Below, piece after piece: positions 37,101 to 49,129 of a stretch of 64,000 nt of DNA. Numbering within the stretch: the first letter of the stretch is position 1; each line of letters opens with the position of its first letter. The DNA lies in NCBI GenBank assembly GCA_010093995.1, contig ML992501.1, positions 640,227 to 704,226 of the forward strand, in the 5' to 3' direction. The position numbers and the translations under genes were made by a program. A model generated the notes under the pieces. It had not been told where the DNA came from. It ran no database searches and was given only the letters and a program-made list of their open reading frames with translations. Source of the stretch: Elsinoe ampelina. Lineage: Eukaryota.

Positions 37101-39156
37101 TCCATTCCGAGGCAGATCTACTCCCACGATCCCTCCCGGTCTGGAGGGCCTGGGACAGGTACCTACCGGTCAGTCCGCGGCTCAGACAAGCCAGACATCT
37201 GGTGTCGTGAAGCCAGCAATACCAGCTGTGCTGCAAGCTAGGAGTGCTGCAGGATCACGTAAACCATCCATTGCATCGCTGTCTTCCCGACCCGGCACGC
37301 CAGGCATCAGATCAGCCACTGAGGAGAAGAAAGTTGTAGCTGCGGAACAAAAGGAGCCGGCTCAAGCTTCCGTAGAGAAGACCGCGATACCAGATACTCC
37401 AAAGCCGGTGGTGCCGAGCACAGTCCCGACAATTGCCACGCCAAAGAAGACGCTTCCGCCGACCAAGACCGCTGAAGCACAAGCGACGCAGAAGCCGGAG
37501 GTGGCAACGCAGTCTTCCAAGACAATAGTGAAGGACCAAGCGACCAAAATCTCCGATGTCACTCCAGTAGCGACTCCAACAAAATCGAAACTGCCAGAAA
37601 CTCCTGTGAGCAAGGGCAAACAGGACCCGAAGCAGTCTACGCCCAGCACTTCTCTAGATAGTGCCAAACGGAAACATCCTGGTAAGATAGACATCACTGT
37701 GGCTGTGACCCAGCAGGAGGAGGCCATCAAACCAAGCGCTGTGCCGTCAGCCGCAAAAGCCACGATTCCGGGCTCTCCGTTGGTATCATCAAGACCTGCA
37801 AGTCCTGGTTTTGCTGAAGTGGCGGGCAAGAAGAAAGTCAACACGATCAGAATTGTCAACACTCCTCAGCCTGCTCCGATTATCAGCACTCCATTCGCTG
37901 CTGCAGTTGCCAAATTACCTTCTCGAAACCCCAGCATTGCTTCTGCCAATCCGCCAGGCACTCCTTCCAGTGAACATATCAGCGACACTGTCTCCTTGAC
38001 TTCAGCAAGCATCTCTCGGCCACACTCGCCGACAGGCTCAGTGCCTGGTGGCATTGTGGGATCGGCACCAGTATCGAGATCAGCTGCTGCAAAGAAGCGT
38101 GAGCGTCAACGCAGACAGCAGGAGCAAGAACAGAAGGTGGCAGAGGCGGATACAGTCGCCGATGAGCCGATCCAAGAGGCGATCACGAGTCACAAGAGAT
38201 CGACCAAGAGCAAAGCTACTGCGTCCAAACCCAAGCCAAAGCCAAAGGCTGAAGCTGCTGTACCTATTGCGGCGACTGATGCACCGTCACCACAGGTGGA
38301 TGCTCCAGCGGCTGACGCTCCACAAGCCAACCGCGGCATAAAGCAGTCCACCAAACCAAAGCAAGTCGAGACAAGCGCTCCGCCAGTAGACGACAACAGT
38401 CCCGCAAGTCTCATCCGCGAGGCCCAAAAAGTCCTCCCTCCCTTCATCGCCAAAGCCCTCGACGGCTTCTTCTGCACAGTCGCCCAGAACAACGCCGTCT
38501 ACAAACCCACCCAACCCATCACAGCCGCAGACATCGACACGGAGCGCACCTTCCTCCGCCACCCACCCGCTCCCTTCGAGCACAAGACCCTCAACCGCCT
38601 CCTCAAAGACGGCACCCCCTTCCGCTACGGCGGCGGCGACGACCGCATCTGGTCCCAAGGCTGCGTCACGCCCGACGGCGCCCACCTGCGCTACCTCGAA
38701 TCCGAGCTCGAAGAACGCTACTGGCAACTCGAGCAAGACTTTGCCCACATCCCGCAAAGCTGGCGGTACAAGCCCGACCGCACCCGCAAATGGAACGGGG
38801 TGAACATCTACGACGAACTCCCCTACGTCGACCTCGAGACGCTACGGGCAGAGCTGGAGAACGGCGGCGGCCGCAGACGGGAGGCCAACGCCATGGAGAA
38901 GGCCGTCGAGGAAGGGAGCAAGAAGGGGAGTTTCCTCGTGGGCAACGCGGAGGCGTACATCAATGAGTTTGTGATGCCCGTGGTGCGGGATCGGATGAGT
39001 AGACCGGGACAAGAGGGGAAGACGGAAGGCGAGGAGAAGCGCTCGTTGGAGGAGATTGAGAAGGCGTTGGTGCTGGCGAGGAAGGTGGCGGAGCAGAAGG
39101 AGGCGGAGTTGAGGAAGGTTATCAAGAAGAATAGGAAGGTTGTGGGGTTGGTTTAG
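34123..39156 (+). CDS. NOT4: CCR4-NOT E3 ubiquitin ligase Not4 (RING, RRM, C3H1); long isoform, with a short isoform ending at 36540
   Basis: CPLCVEEFD..FRPCPCGYQ/ICQFC, LRVVQKNLVYV, YFGQYGKI, AQFGTTKYC; short introns ~34243-34297, ~34410-34460, ~34827-34877; long intron 36215 or 36221 to 37024 joins in frame to the 37207-39156 ORF. Confidence 0.9.
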
Positions 39157-40032
39157 TGGGGGGGGGGGGGGGGGAGCTGTACTTGTAGTGATGGGAAGGG
39201 GATGGGGTACTGGCTTCTTGTACATATATTTGGAGCTGGACTTGGACGATAGGGACGATAGTCTGGAAGATTGCCGGTCATCGCGGCCTCCTTCACCCAT
39301 GTACCAGTGTCCCTTACTGGGATTTTCTCCCGCTACTGACGTCCTACAAAGGCCTCCCGTGTGTGTTCTTTCCCTCTGGCACAAACCTCCTGTCATTTCG
39401 TGATGGCTGCGTCTTCGTGGCGTCGCGTTGCGTCCGGACACGATCCGCTCGTCTGCATCTCCTGCCAATTATCTCGAGTACTCCCCCTTCTTCCGTACTG
39501 GACGCAGATCTCGAGGCAGCGAGGGAGCAATTTCCTGATCAACGCCCTGGGACCGGTGGGGTTTCGTGCCGTTGCTCAAGGCCGGCGGCGCGGAGGGACA
39601 GCACGGGTACCGGCAGGGAAAGGATATCGGTCTTCACCGTCGTGTCGAGCGTGATGGCCAGTCTTGGGGGCCAGGATCGCATGCTGGCGTATGGGGATGT
39701 GGCGAGTCCGTACGTGGCGAGTAAGGCGGTGCTGAATGCATTCGTGCGTAGGGTGGGGTTGGAGGAGGAGTGGTTGGGTTGCGTTTGTTTTGCATCCGGG
39801 ACTGGTGGTGACAGATAGACTGTGGACCCTGAGGCTGTGGGGGTTATTCTAGCGGAAGAGTCGGTGGGGGGGGGGACGTTGGAGCAGGTGGATGTGGCGG
39901 CGGAAGGGAGATGGGTGGGATCTTTGTGGGGTGGGATGGTGTGGAGAAGTCTTGGTAGGAGATAGGGAAGGAGAAGAGGGCGGTGAGAGGGCAATGATGG
40001 AGATTTGGTAGACTGGTATACATGCGAAGTGT

Positions 40033-43000
40033 CTATGATTTCTTCTGCGCTTGTGCTTGGGATGATGATCCGGGTGCTACCAGGTCGACGTGCTCGAGAG
40101 CTGCTCGGTTGAGTCTGGCGATGACTTCTCTGCTGTCTCGATCGAGCGTCGCTGGTAGTGGCAGCTCCTGCAGGGCATTCTGGATGAGCTGCGTGGCTCG
40201 TTCAGCTGCCATCTTGGTCGTGACTTTTCCATCCTTGGCACTGAAGCCATGTGTTCCAGCAATTGCGCCTTGGATGGCCTGAGCGGCTGCTGCCTGCAAC
40301 GCCGCCGAGCCCTTCATAGCTAGACTCTGAGGCATATCCTTCCGTCTGAGTCCGACTTGACCCTTGCCGTCCATGAATGTTTCGTAGCCTTGCGTGTCGA
40401 GAACTTCTTTAGGCACCTCAGCAACAGGATTGATGCCTTTGAGGGTAACCGTACCGCCTTTGAGCGAACCGATCTGCTCGTTGAATTGCTTTGCCATTTT
40501 GCTGATGACTTCAGCGTTTTCTGTGTTGCCTTCGACGGCAAAGCGAAGACACATGATTGCATGCTCACGAATGTATGGGTTGTGCTCATCGTGGCGACAG
40601 CAGCCGACCAAGGCTTCAAGACCACCATATTGGCGCACTTGATCCTGGACGGTCTTGTTCTTCCAGATCAAAGATGAAAGGACCAGGACAGTGAGTTTCT
40701 TCAGATTCCGCCATTCAAAGTCAGAGGGTTCATCTTGTGCTTCATCAGGATATGCGGCTTGGTCGTCGGCCGGCATAGGCGGAATGCTGTTATCGCCAGG
40801 CACGTTGAGAGGCGGTGGAGGCGCTGGCGGAGGTGGTGTAGGAGCACTATTGCTGTGAACCTTGGCTGCAACGGCTTTGGTGTGTGCGCTACCCATCAGA
40901 CCTGCAGCTGCTGGTATGACCTTGGCCGCTTGTTCAAGCAATGTCTCTGCCTGTTCCTTTGCCACGGCCTTGCCAGGGGCGGGGAGCGGTACACCCGCGT
41001 TGACCTTGGGAATAGCGCCTTCGAGCTCTTTCAGCATTGTAACGAGTTCGCTTGCTACCTGCCATTTAGCCATGATATCTTTCCAGCTTTGTTCTTCGGT
41101 AAGGACCGCGAAGAACTCCAAGTATTGGTAGACGCCTTCATACATGCGCTCCATGTCCCATAAGTTTAGTGGAAAGTCTTCGGGCGGAGCCATATTGTCG
41201 TGTATCTTGCCTTGCAAGAATATGAGAGCACAGGTCTGGGGCACAATTCTTCGTCTGAACTCCATGAAAATAAAGTTGACCACATGAACCTCAACCGGAC
41301 TTGGCTCTGAGACATGACCAGTCTCAAGCAAAGTGTTCTTTGATATCTCGGCTCTTGCTCTGAAGATGTTGGTCAGAAGCTTCATGATCACCGCCTGGGC
41401 TGGAGATATTATGTCCTTTGACCTGGACTTGCTGTAGCTGCCATCCGCGTCCGTCCGGAACACAGCATGATTTTCGGCAGGGTCATACTCTCGAAATGCG
41501 TGGTATGCGTACGGTAAGTATCCGTTGACCAGAATGCTCTCGAGAATCTTGACCATGAATTTGAAGTATAGCTCCTCTTCTCGGAGGTCCCACGCAGCGA
41601 CAAATATGAGTAGCTCTCGCAGCAGATTGCGACCATTTTCTTGTGCTAAGAGTAAGTGGCAGCGCTGTGTATGCATGTCTATCATGGCATTGACCTGCTC
41701 CACTGTCGCATTCGGTATTGCTTGAGGCACCAGTCCAGACATGATCATGTTGGGGAGGATCTCGATTTCGCTGGGACCGAGAATCAAGGGAACGTCTGTA
41801 AGGAGTCCTCGTCCGTCCTCAGTGGAGCCATGGTACTCTTCCTCTTCCTCCTCCTCATCGTCATCGACGTCACTGTCTTCATCGCTAGGTAGAATCGGAT
41901 TGGCGGCAGGTACTGGATCTGGCCGAGGCTGTTCAGGTGACGATAGGGCCGTGATCCGCTTCATGAGATCATCCTTGCCAGCTTGTAGTTGTCGCTTCGC
42001 GGACATGGCAGAGAGCCAAACCTTGAAATTGTCAATCGGTTCCGGGCTGACCCTTGATCGACTTGGTGGAGCCATGTCTGTCCTGTCCCTATAGTCCGGA
42101 CCACCTTTCAAGTCGCGATGTACATCCCTTTCAATAGCAGCCAGACGTCTGACGACCGGATCGGTTCTGTCTACACCAAGAATAGAACATGCCGACTCCT
42201 GCAATTCCTCGAATCTTTGCTTATCTTCCTTGTGCTCGAGATAACGTTTCCTCCATCTCTCACGGTCTCCGTCGTTGAAGCCATTCATCCAACTGTCCCG
42301 CAAGCCACTGCCGACATCGTCTACATCCATCTCACGCCCTTCCCATCTCGCAGCCACGGACCTCACGAACAACCTGAAAGCGTTCCGGCTAATATCATCG
42401 CCACGCAGAAAGTCGTCCCATGGATCGTTCGGTCCAGAGAGTTTTGCCGTGGAGTCCGCCAGGCTCATGTCACCCATCTTCTGGGCTATGCGATGGGTAT
42501 CGCTGTCTGACATAGACCGCTGTGGTTTCTTGGCCATGATCAAGGATACGAACTGGTCCGCTTCCACCTCGTTCTCGGTAAAGAGTGAGTCGTGCTCTCT
42601 GTAGACACCAGGAGGATCTCCATTATCGAACAGCGACATCCAAAGCAGCAACTTCCTCTTCTCATTCCTCGCGGACAGGTTGTTCAGAAATTGCAGCGAA
42701 GTGATGAGGAGCTTTTTGTATGCGCTCACGACTGCTTGCCAACGTTCCTCGTCTCCGGTCCCAGCATCTCCATCGTACCCACGAGCTGTCACTCGTACGC
42801 AGCAGTTGATGAGCTTGAACATTTGCTGGTCGAAGCCGCAGTCTGCGCAGAGGTTCTGAACCTCTTCTCCAGCCGTGAGAACATTTCGAGTGATCGCAAC
42901 GAGATCGTTGAGTCGTTCAAGGTCCTGATACAAGCCAGGGTATGCAGATGCGATCAACGTGCTTGACGTGGTCTCGTAATCAACCGAAGAAGGGTCCCAT

Positions 43001-43317
43001 TGTTGGAAAGACCGTCTCTCAAGAGAGGTCACCGCCGCTCGGAATACTGCTACTATCTCTTCCCAGAAGGGTCTGTGTGTGCCAATAGCCACCCGTATGT
43101 AGCTCTTCAGGCCTGTCAAGCGCAGAGTCTCCTTCACGACGCGAGTATCCAGGTCTCTCAGAGTCGACTCTTTCATATACTTTGGCGACTTGAAGTGGAT
43201 CGCATATGGTGTAAAGGCCAGTCGAATGAATGTTGTGTAGACCTTGTGGTCGACTTCCGGCTCATCCTCTTCCAGGACCATCGCGTGGGAGTCACCGTTG
43301 TCCATTTCCGCAGCCAT
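40033..43317 (-). CDS. Ataxin-10 domain protein (Ctr86-like)
   Basis: 1094-aa ORF with C-terminal VQDQVRQYGG..CCRHDEHNPYIREHAIMCLRFAVEGNTEN. Confidence 0.85.
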   Translation of the reverse strand: MAAEMDNGDSHAMVLEEDEPEVDHKVYTTFIRLAFTPYAIHFKSPKYMKESTLRDLDTRVVKETLRLTGLKSYIRVAIGTHRPFWEEIVAVFRAAVTSLERRSFQQWDPSSVDYETTSSTLIASAYPGLYQDLERLNDLVAITRNVLTAGEEVQNLCADCGFDQQMFKLINCCVRVTARGYDGDAGTGDEERWQAVVSAYKKLLITSLQFLNNLSARNEKRKLLLWMSLFDNGDPPGVYREHDSLFTENEVEADQFVSLIMAKKPQRSMSDSDTHRIAQKMGDMSLADSTAKLSGPNDPWDDFLRGDDISRNAFRLFVRSVAARWEGREMDVDDVGSGLRDSWMNGFNDGDRERWRKRYLEHKEDKQRFEELQESACSILGVDRTDPVVRRLAAIERDVHRDLKGGPDYRDRTDMAPPSRSRVSPEPIDNFKVWLSAMSAKRQLQAGKDDLMKRITALSSPEQPRPDPVPAANPILPSDEDSDVDDDEEEEEEEYHGSTEDGRGLLTDVPLILGPSEIEILPNMIMSGLVPQAIPNATVEQVNAMIDMHTQRCHLLLAQENGRNLLRELLIFVAAWDLREEELYFKFMVKILESILVNGYLPYAYHAFREYDPAENHAVFRTDADGSYSKSRSKDIISPAQAVIMKLLTNIFRARAEISKNTLLETGHVSEPSPVEVHVVNFIFMEFRRRIVPQTCALIFLQGKIHDNMAPPEDFPLNLWDMERMYEGVYQYLEFFAVLTEEQSWKDIMAKWQVASELVTMLKELEGAIPKVNAGVPLPAPGKAVAKEQAETLLEQAAKVIPAAAGLMGSAHTKAVAAKVHSNSAPTPPPPAPPPPLNVPGDNSIPPMPADDQAAYPDEAQDEPSDFEWRNLKKLTVLVLSSLIWKNKTVQDQVRQYGGLEALVGCCRHDEHNPYIREHAIMCLRFAVEGNTENAEVISKMAKQFNEQIGSLKGGTVTLKGINPVAEVPKEVLDTQGYETFMDGKGQVGLRRKDMPQSLAMKGSAALQAAAAQAIQGAIAGTHGFSAKDGKVTTKMAAERATQLIQNALQELPLPATLDRDSREVIARLNRAALEHVDLVAPGSSSQAQAQKKS

Positions 43318-43514
43318 GTACCAGGTGGAGGCCGAGAAACATGTCCGTCACAGTGATCCATCCATGCAGCTTGATTGAGATGAGAGGAAGCTGCACTTTT
43401 CTTAGATCCGACGTAAGTCCGAGACATATGCGAGACGTGCCACTGTTGACTACTCTGCTCTTTCACATCCTGACTCCAACCATGACTTGATGCTCCGCCA
43501 GCGGATGTGGACTG

Positions 43515-44788
43515 ATGGAGCTTCTGCATAAGATAGCGATAGGCGTTGGCCTGCTATCCTTTTTCACCTTTGTGGTACTTTTCGGGCGACTGCCTGGTCT
43601 GAGGTGGAGCACGCGACTCATCGTGTCGATATACATGCTGACCATGTGTAGGAAAACGCCGATCGGATTCCTTCAAGTCTTCTTGGTTGACTATTTACCT
43701 CGTGTCTTCAATGAAGTCGATCAAAAGATCACTGGAGGCCGACTTGCTCGCGTTCTGCTTCAGATGCGTGACTATCTCTTCTTCAGGCGGAACCCGATCG
43801 TAATGGTTGGTTTATTATCTTCTAGACTGTAACTTGTTGCTCATTCTGGTAGGTCATCTTTCTTTTCATCCTCTCAGGTGCTTCATTCATGTTTCTCCAC
43901 GCCACATGCCATCTCTTGACCGTCGCTCAAATCCTCCCAATACCAATCCTTCTACTTCTTCCTTACCTCTTCACGTACCTGTGCGCCACCGACACATCTC
44001 ATTTCATAGCAACCTCCAATCATACGCAGAGCTTGATAGATTATCCCTACGACTTTGTCTTGTATCATCCGGCTCAGGAATGCAAGACATGCCATATACT
44101 AAAGCCCGCACGTTCGAAGCATTGCTCCTTGTGCGATCGCTGCGTTTCCCGATGCGACCACCATTGCCCTTGGGTGAACGCCTGTCTCGGACGGACAAAT
44201 TACCGATACTTTCTCCTCCTCCTTCTGTCTCTACCAATTCTTGAGATGTACGGAGCATATCTGGGCTACACCATCCTCTCACCGCACCTCAACTTTGCAC
44301 CTCTACAAGGCAAGCCTTTCTTCTCCCTTCTCTACTGGAACACTCTTGCCCGCATCTGTATGATCGCCACAAACCGCGGCGGTCTATCGATAGCAGGGGT
44401 CTCCATTCTCGCAGCCACCACAGCCCCACTCCCACTCGCCCTCCTCAGCTACCACATCTACCTCATCTGGGCCGGCACAACCACCAACGAGAATGCCAAA
44501 TGGGGCTACCTCCAAGAAGACATGGACGATGGCTTCGTCTGGCGGGGCAAACGAAGCGAAGTCCTCGCCCTCCGCCGCGCATTGAAGGGTCCTTCTAGCG
44601 ACCCACCCGAAGAACAATGCAAAGACTGGCCCATCGACAGCGACCAAATCGTCGTCCGCACCCGCGACGGCCTCGCCCCACGCGGCATGGAAGACGTCTA
44701 CGAACAAATCTGGAGTCTCCGAGGCGTAGACAACATCTACGACCTCGGCTTCTGGGACAACCTGACCTACATCCTACGCGGCCGCTAG
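43515..44788 (+). CDS. SWF1: DHHC palmitoyltransferase Swf1-like, two 5' introns
   Basis: FVVLFGRLPGLR/KTPIG N-terminus, YPYD..LY, CKTC..KPARSKHC..CDHHCPW, TTNE, NIYDLGFWDNL. Confidence 0.9.
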
Positions 44789-45304
44789 CTCTCTCACTTC
44801 CCTCTCACCTCGTTCACATGCCAAAAACCCTTTCCCCTCTTACCTCCCCCATTACCCCTCTCACATTCAGCTCGCTCCCCGTCTCGAACCCTCACCCCTT
44901 CCTCCCTTTCACATGCTACTTTCTGTCCATAAAAGGGCAAAAAAGGTGACGGGCCCAGCCACCCTTAAGGAACAGATCAACCCTGGCTGTTGAAGGCAGG
45001 AGTCGATGAGACCTATCCCCTTCCGTCCTAGCCCGCGACCGAACCAGCGAAATGGCGGCGAACACCACACCGGGGGTGAGACCCAAATCGTTTAGACTGG
45101 AAAGTGGAAGAGCTGGGACATCTATTCATGGGGACAAGGGGACAAGGGAGGGGAGGGGGGTATATGTAGCTTACTCCAATTCACATGCTCAGGCCGAAGA
45201 CTTGGTGATTTTTGCGGATCGCACTTGGCTTGCAGGAAAGGAGAAATGGAAGTCGCGCTGCATGTCGCCTGGTTTTTATACATTTCCCTTCGGTATCTGA
45301 TCGT

Positions 45305-47032
45305 CTAATCGTCCCCTCCTCCCCCGATATTCCCACCTGACGTCTGCGCCTTCTTCGCACCGCAAATGTCATCCACCCTCAGAAGCAAACACGCGCTTTC
45401 CACCGCCGTCTTGATGCTCTGCAACTTGACAGCCTGGGGCTCCCACACCCCCAACTCGTGCATATCCACCACCTTGCCGAGATCGCCATCGATGCCCCAG
45501 CTGCTGTTCCCTTTGCCCTCTGCGTGCTTCGCTCTCAACTGTGTCAGGACTCTGATCGGGCTGTTTCCCGAGTTTTGGATTAGAGTGCGCGGAATGACTT
45601 CCATGGCTTCGGCGATGGCGCGGTACGGCCACTGCGCGACGCCCTCGACGCTTTTGCTGAGTTGTTGCAGGCGGACGCTGACGGCCATTTCGGTGGCGCC
45701 GCCGCCGGGGCTGAGGAAGGGGTGGAAAACCACGTTGCGGGCGACGCTCATGGCGTCGAGGAGGTTGCGCTCGATTTCGTTGAGGATGTCTTTGCTGGGA
45801 CCGCGGAGGAGCATGGTGCATGCTTTGGGGTTTTTGCATTTTGTGAGGAAGGAGAAGTATTCGTCGCCGATTTTGCTGATCTCGAAGAGACCGCATTGTG
45901 TGCCGACGTCGGAGTCTTGGAGGTCTTGGACATTGTTGACGATGGTGGCGCCGGTGGCGCGGGCGATGCGGTTGTTGTCCGTCTTCCTTACTCGGCGGAT
46001 AGCGGTGATGTTGTGCTTCAGGAGAAAGTGCTGGGCGAGGTCGGAGACACCCTTCTCTGTGATGACGAGGTCGGGCTTGACGGCGATGATGGCATCACAC
46101 ATGGCCTTGACCTGTTCTTCCTCGATCTGCAAAATTCGGTTCCAGTCTTCCTCTTTACTGATTTCGATGTTGGTTTGTGATTCGCCCTTCTTGTATTCGA
46201 GTGTGCAGTCGAGCAGGACGATGCGAGGGTTCTCGATGCGTCTTCGCATCTTTGGATGTGTGATGTCCTTGTTCAGCATGACGCCATCGAGGACGGTAGA
46301 GTCCTCAATATCTCCACCAGGAATCTTCTCCACTCTTGCGTATCGCTTGATGTCCACCTCCTGCTTGCCGCCTCCAGCGTCGAATGAAACAGTTCGTACA
46401 GCAGTGAGTGCGAGCTTGCACATCATGTCCGACCATCGCGAGACAAATTTTGTGCCTATCGATGAAGAAATGAGCTTGTACATCTGCTTGTCGTCCGAGG
46501 TATCCACCGGTACCGAAACGTCTTGAATGATTTGCAAGGCGTCTGACAATGCGCGCTTGAAAGCCTGGATGATGACGACTGGGTGGATATTGCGCTCGAG
46601 TTGTGGTAGTGACAGAGCGAGGATCTCACCTGCCAGGATGATGACTGTGGTAGTTCCATCGCCGACTTCTTCATCCTGTGTCCGCGCAAGCTCGATCATA
46701 CTCTTTGCAGCTGGATGTGCCACCTCAATCTCCCTTAAAATAGCATGACCGTCATTCGTGAGGACGATACCTCCCATCGGATCCAGTAGCATCTTGAGCA
46801 TGGCTTTCGGGCCCAAGCATGATCGGATGATGTCTGCTACGCTGGAAACTTGTTAGCAGTTGCTAGTGTGTCGAAGCCTAGGTCTCGCACGTCTTTGCAG
46901 CTGTGATATTTGACATTTGCGCCTTGCGCCCGAATTGCCTCTCGCCAGTAGGCGTGTCTGTGGTAGGTCAGCTAGCTATTATTTGGCGTGCAGTCGAGCT
47001 TTAATACTCATAACCACCACCGGGGCCTGCAT
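45305..47032 (-). CDS. CCT3: T-complex protein 1 subunit gamma, with 5' introns
   Basis: MQAPVVVM start, LGPKAMLKMLLDPMGG, GDGTTT, VDIKRYARVEKIPGG, EYKKGESQT. Confidence 0.97.
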
Positions 47033-47743
47033 CTTGAGGAGAGTTCGTCAGATCTATCAGAAGAATTTATGTATGTCGCTTGGTCGCAAATCAACGGTGT
47101 TGTAAGCAATGCTGCTCTGTTCTGTGTGGGTATCGGATGTGGTGAAGCTCTTTCGATATATTGCCTGAAGCATAAATTTTGGCAGCCCTCACGTGTTTTC
47201 GCGCGTCCGCAGAAGTGAAGAACCGGAGCTTGGGCCAACCGTGGAACTTCCCTTTTGCGGCGTCGTTCCGCGGTCGATCGCAGCTTTCCCGGCTGACTTT
47301 GACAAGGTTTGTCTCTGCTTGGAGCACGAGTCAAGACAGACGCTAATCCCAAAAAGACGATAGTTCGCAGTCCGACGACGATCCTGAGAGATCCCGCCAG
47401 CCACTGCGAGACGGCCCTCGCTGGTCTTTGACCAAATGCTGGTTCTCCTTCGACCACAGACTTCACTTCTTCTTCCACCTCCCCTTTGCCCGCACGTGTC
47501 GCATGATCCCACGACATCTCTTTCGATCAATATTCATCCTTGATTGATTCGCATACTTCACCACCGCTTTATTGCACAATCTCTCTTGTCTAATACCTGT
47601 ATCGGCCCGCAGCAATTCGCTTTGTTCGCGAGCATCGCCATCCAGGGTCTTGGCGCGTCGCTACATGCTCAGCAGCGAGAGCGAACCGCAGACAGTATAA
47701 CATTGTTTGAGAACTAATCCCCCACTATCCACAGACAGAGACT

Positions 47744-48706
47744 ATGCTGCCATCGCACATGCTCACTGATTCACCCACAATGGTTGTCGCTCCAGTACCA
47801 GACCAATACTTCCACGATGGCCATTATCGCCCCGCCAGTGGTCTGCCCACGCCTCCTCACACGTCCAATGGCACCAATCAACCATCGTTTCCACCTACTC
47901 CCAGTGAGGGTGCCATCGCCGGTCGAAAGCGCTCCCGAGGCGATATCTATTCTCCAGAAGATGAGCATGTCGATGGCTCGATGATTGCCGAGCAAGTCGC
48001 TCCTCCACCCGCTCCTAGAGGCGAGCCCGTGTACGGTCCTGGAATGACTTTAATCTATCCGAATCATCTCTCCGGTCACTACAGTGCTGATGCTTCCACT
48101 CAGTCAGGCACTTGGGTAGAGGAGAAAGCAGAGCAAGCCACTGTCCCAACTTTCCGCCCCATCATGGCCACCCGCAAGTCCCAACGCCTTGATTCTACAG
48201 CCTCACGTCTCGATGATGTCGCAGCCATTCTTCAGTCAACACCCCGCGCTCCTGGTACCGAACCTCTTATCGACGAAGCTACGCGCATGCTTGGCATTTC
48301 ATGGGTCCGCATGGATGCCAGCGAGACTTCGCAGATCAGTCAGAGAGCGTATACCCGCTGGATCGATCGACACTACCCTCACCTCACCAATGTCGAAGTC
48401 TGGTTCGAGAACAGTGCGATTCCTGGCTATCTGGGTAAGGCGACGAATACCACCAATGGTCTTGAGGAGTACTACCTGTGGTCACTCGACCTCCACCAAG
48501 CAATCCTCGTTACTCGCAACCCCAGCGACCTCATCGTCAAACTCAGTCAGCCACAGATGTCGCTGTCTCAAGCCACTGAGACTATCCGAGCTGATGTCGA
48601 GCCCGTCGTCGAAGCTGCAGCTGCAAACGCCGCCATTGTCCACAACGATCGCTTCATTACCGAGCCTGAGCCTGCCGCCTCCGCTGGTGGTATGGACCTG
48701 GACTGA
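47744..48706 (+). CDS. Hypothetical fungal protein
   Basis: 320-aa ORF with coding-like composition (GEPVYGPGMTLIYP, SQSGTW-like, LGISW); an upstream exon is possible. Confidence 0.75.
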   Translation: MLPSHMLTDSPTMVVAPVPDQYFHDGHYRPASGLPTPPHTSNGTNQPSFPPTPSEGAIAGRKRSRGDIYSPEDEHVDGSMIAEQVAPPPAPRGEPVYGPGMTLIYPNHLSGHYSADASTQSGTWVEEKAEQATVPTFRPIMATRKSQRLDSTASRLDDVAAILQSTPRAPGTEPLIDEATRMLGISWVRMDASETSQISQRAYTRWIDRHYPHLTNVEVWFENSAIPGYLGKATNTTNGLEEYYLWSLDLHQAILVTRNPSDLIVKLSQPQMSLSQATETIRADVEPVVEAAAANAAIVHNDRFITEPEPAASAGGMDLD

Positions 48707-49129
48707 CATGCATGATTTTCAAAATGGCGACCCATCTTTCCATCGGAAAATCAACAAATGCTCCGCCATGTTGCTTTGCGGCGTTCTCGAGCCACCGAGG
48801 TTTGTGGAGTTCAATGGGTTGGGCTGTGGGTAGTCCTGATGGGAAAGCAGTCGGGCGTGACTTGCTCTGCGAGCTTCCTGCTCAAAAGTCCTGTACTATA
48901 GATTACGATATGCATGCAAAATATTATGATTTATTCAAAATATATTGCCTGCTTCTGCGATTTTGACAAGAGCGAACCATGTTGTCGTAGACGACGCGTG
49001 CTTGTGACGTGGTCGAAGGAGGAAGGGGGGGGGGGGGGGGGCTCACCCCTTGGCGGGCCGCTTTGAAATCATGCTCATGCCTCACACTTCCACTCCTGCT
49101 TCCACTCATACCCCTCACAGGCGTGCAAG

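Noticed and set aside
39200..40000. Possible small gene between NOT4 and the ataxin-10-like gene
   Set aside because: Only short low-complexity ORFs in skewed sequence, with no recognisable domain or consistent splice model.
45366..46526. 386-aa antisense ORF over CCT3, and similar ones (54674-55690, 26466-27431)
   Set aside because: Shadow ORFs caused by GC-rich codon bias of the real genes.
39158..49041. Two G17 homopolymers (39158-39174, 49025-49041)
   Set aside because: Simple intergenic runs whose length may be affected by sequencing; no further structure.
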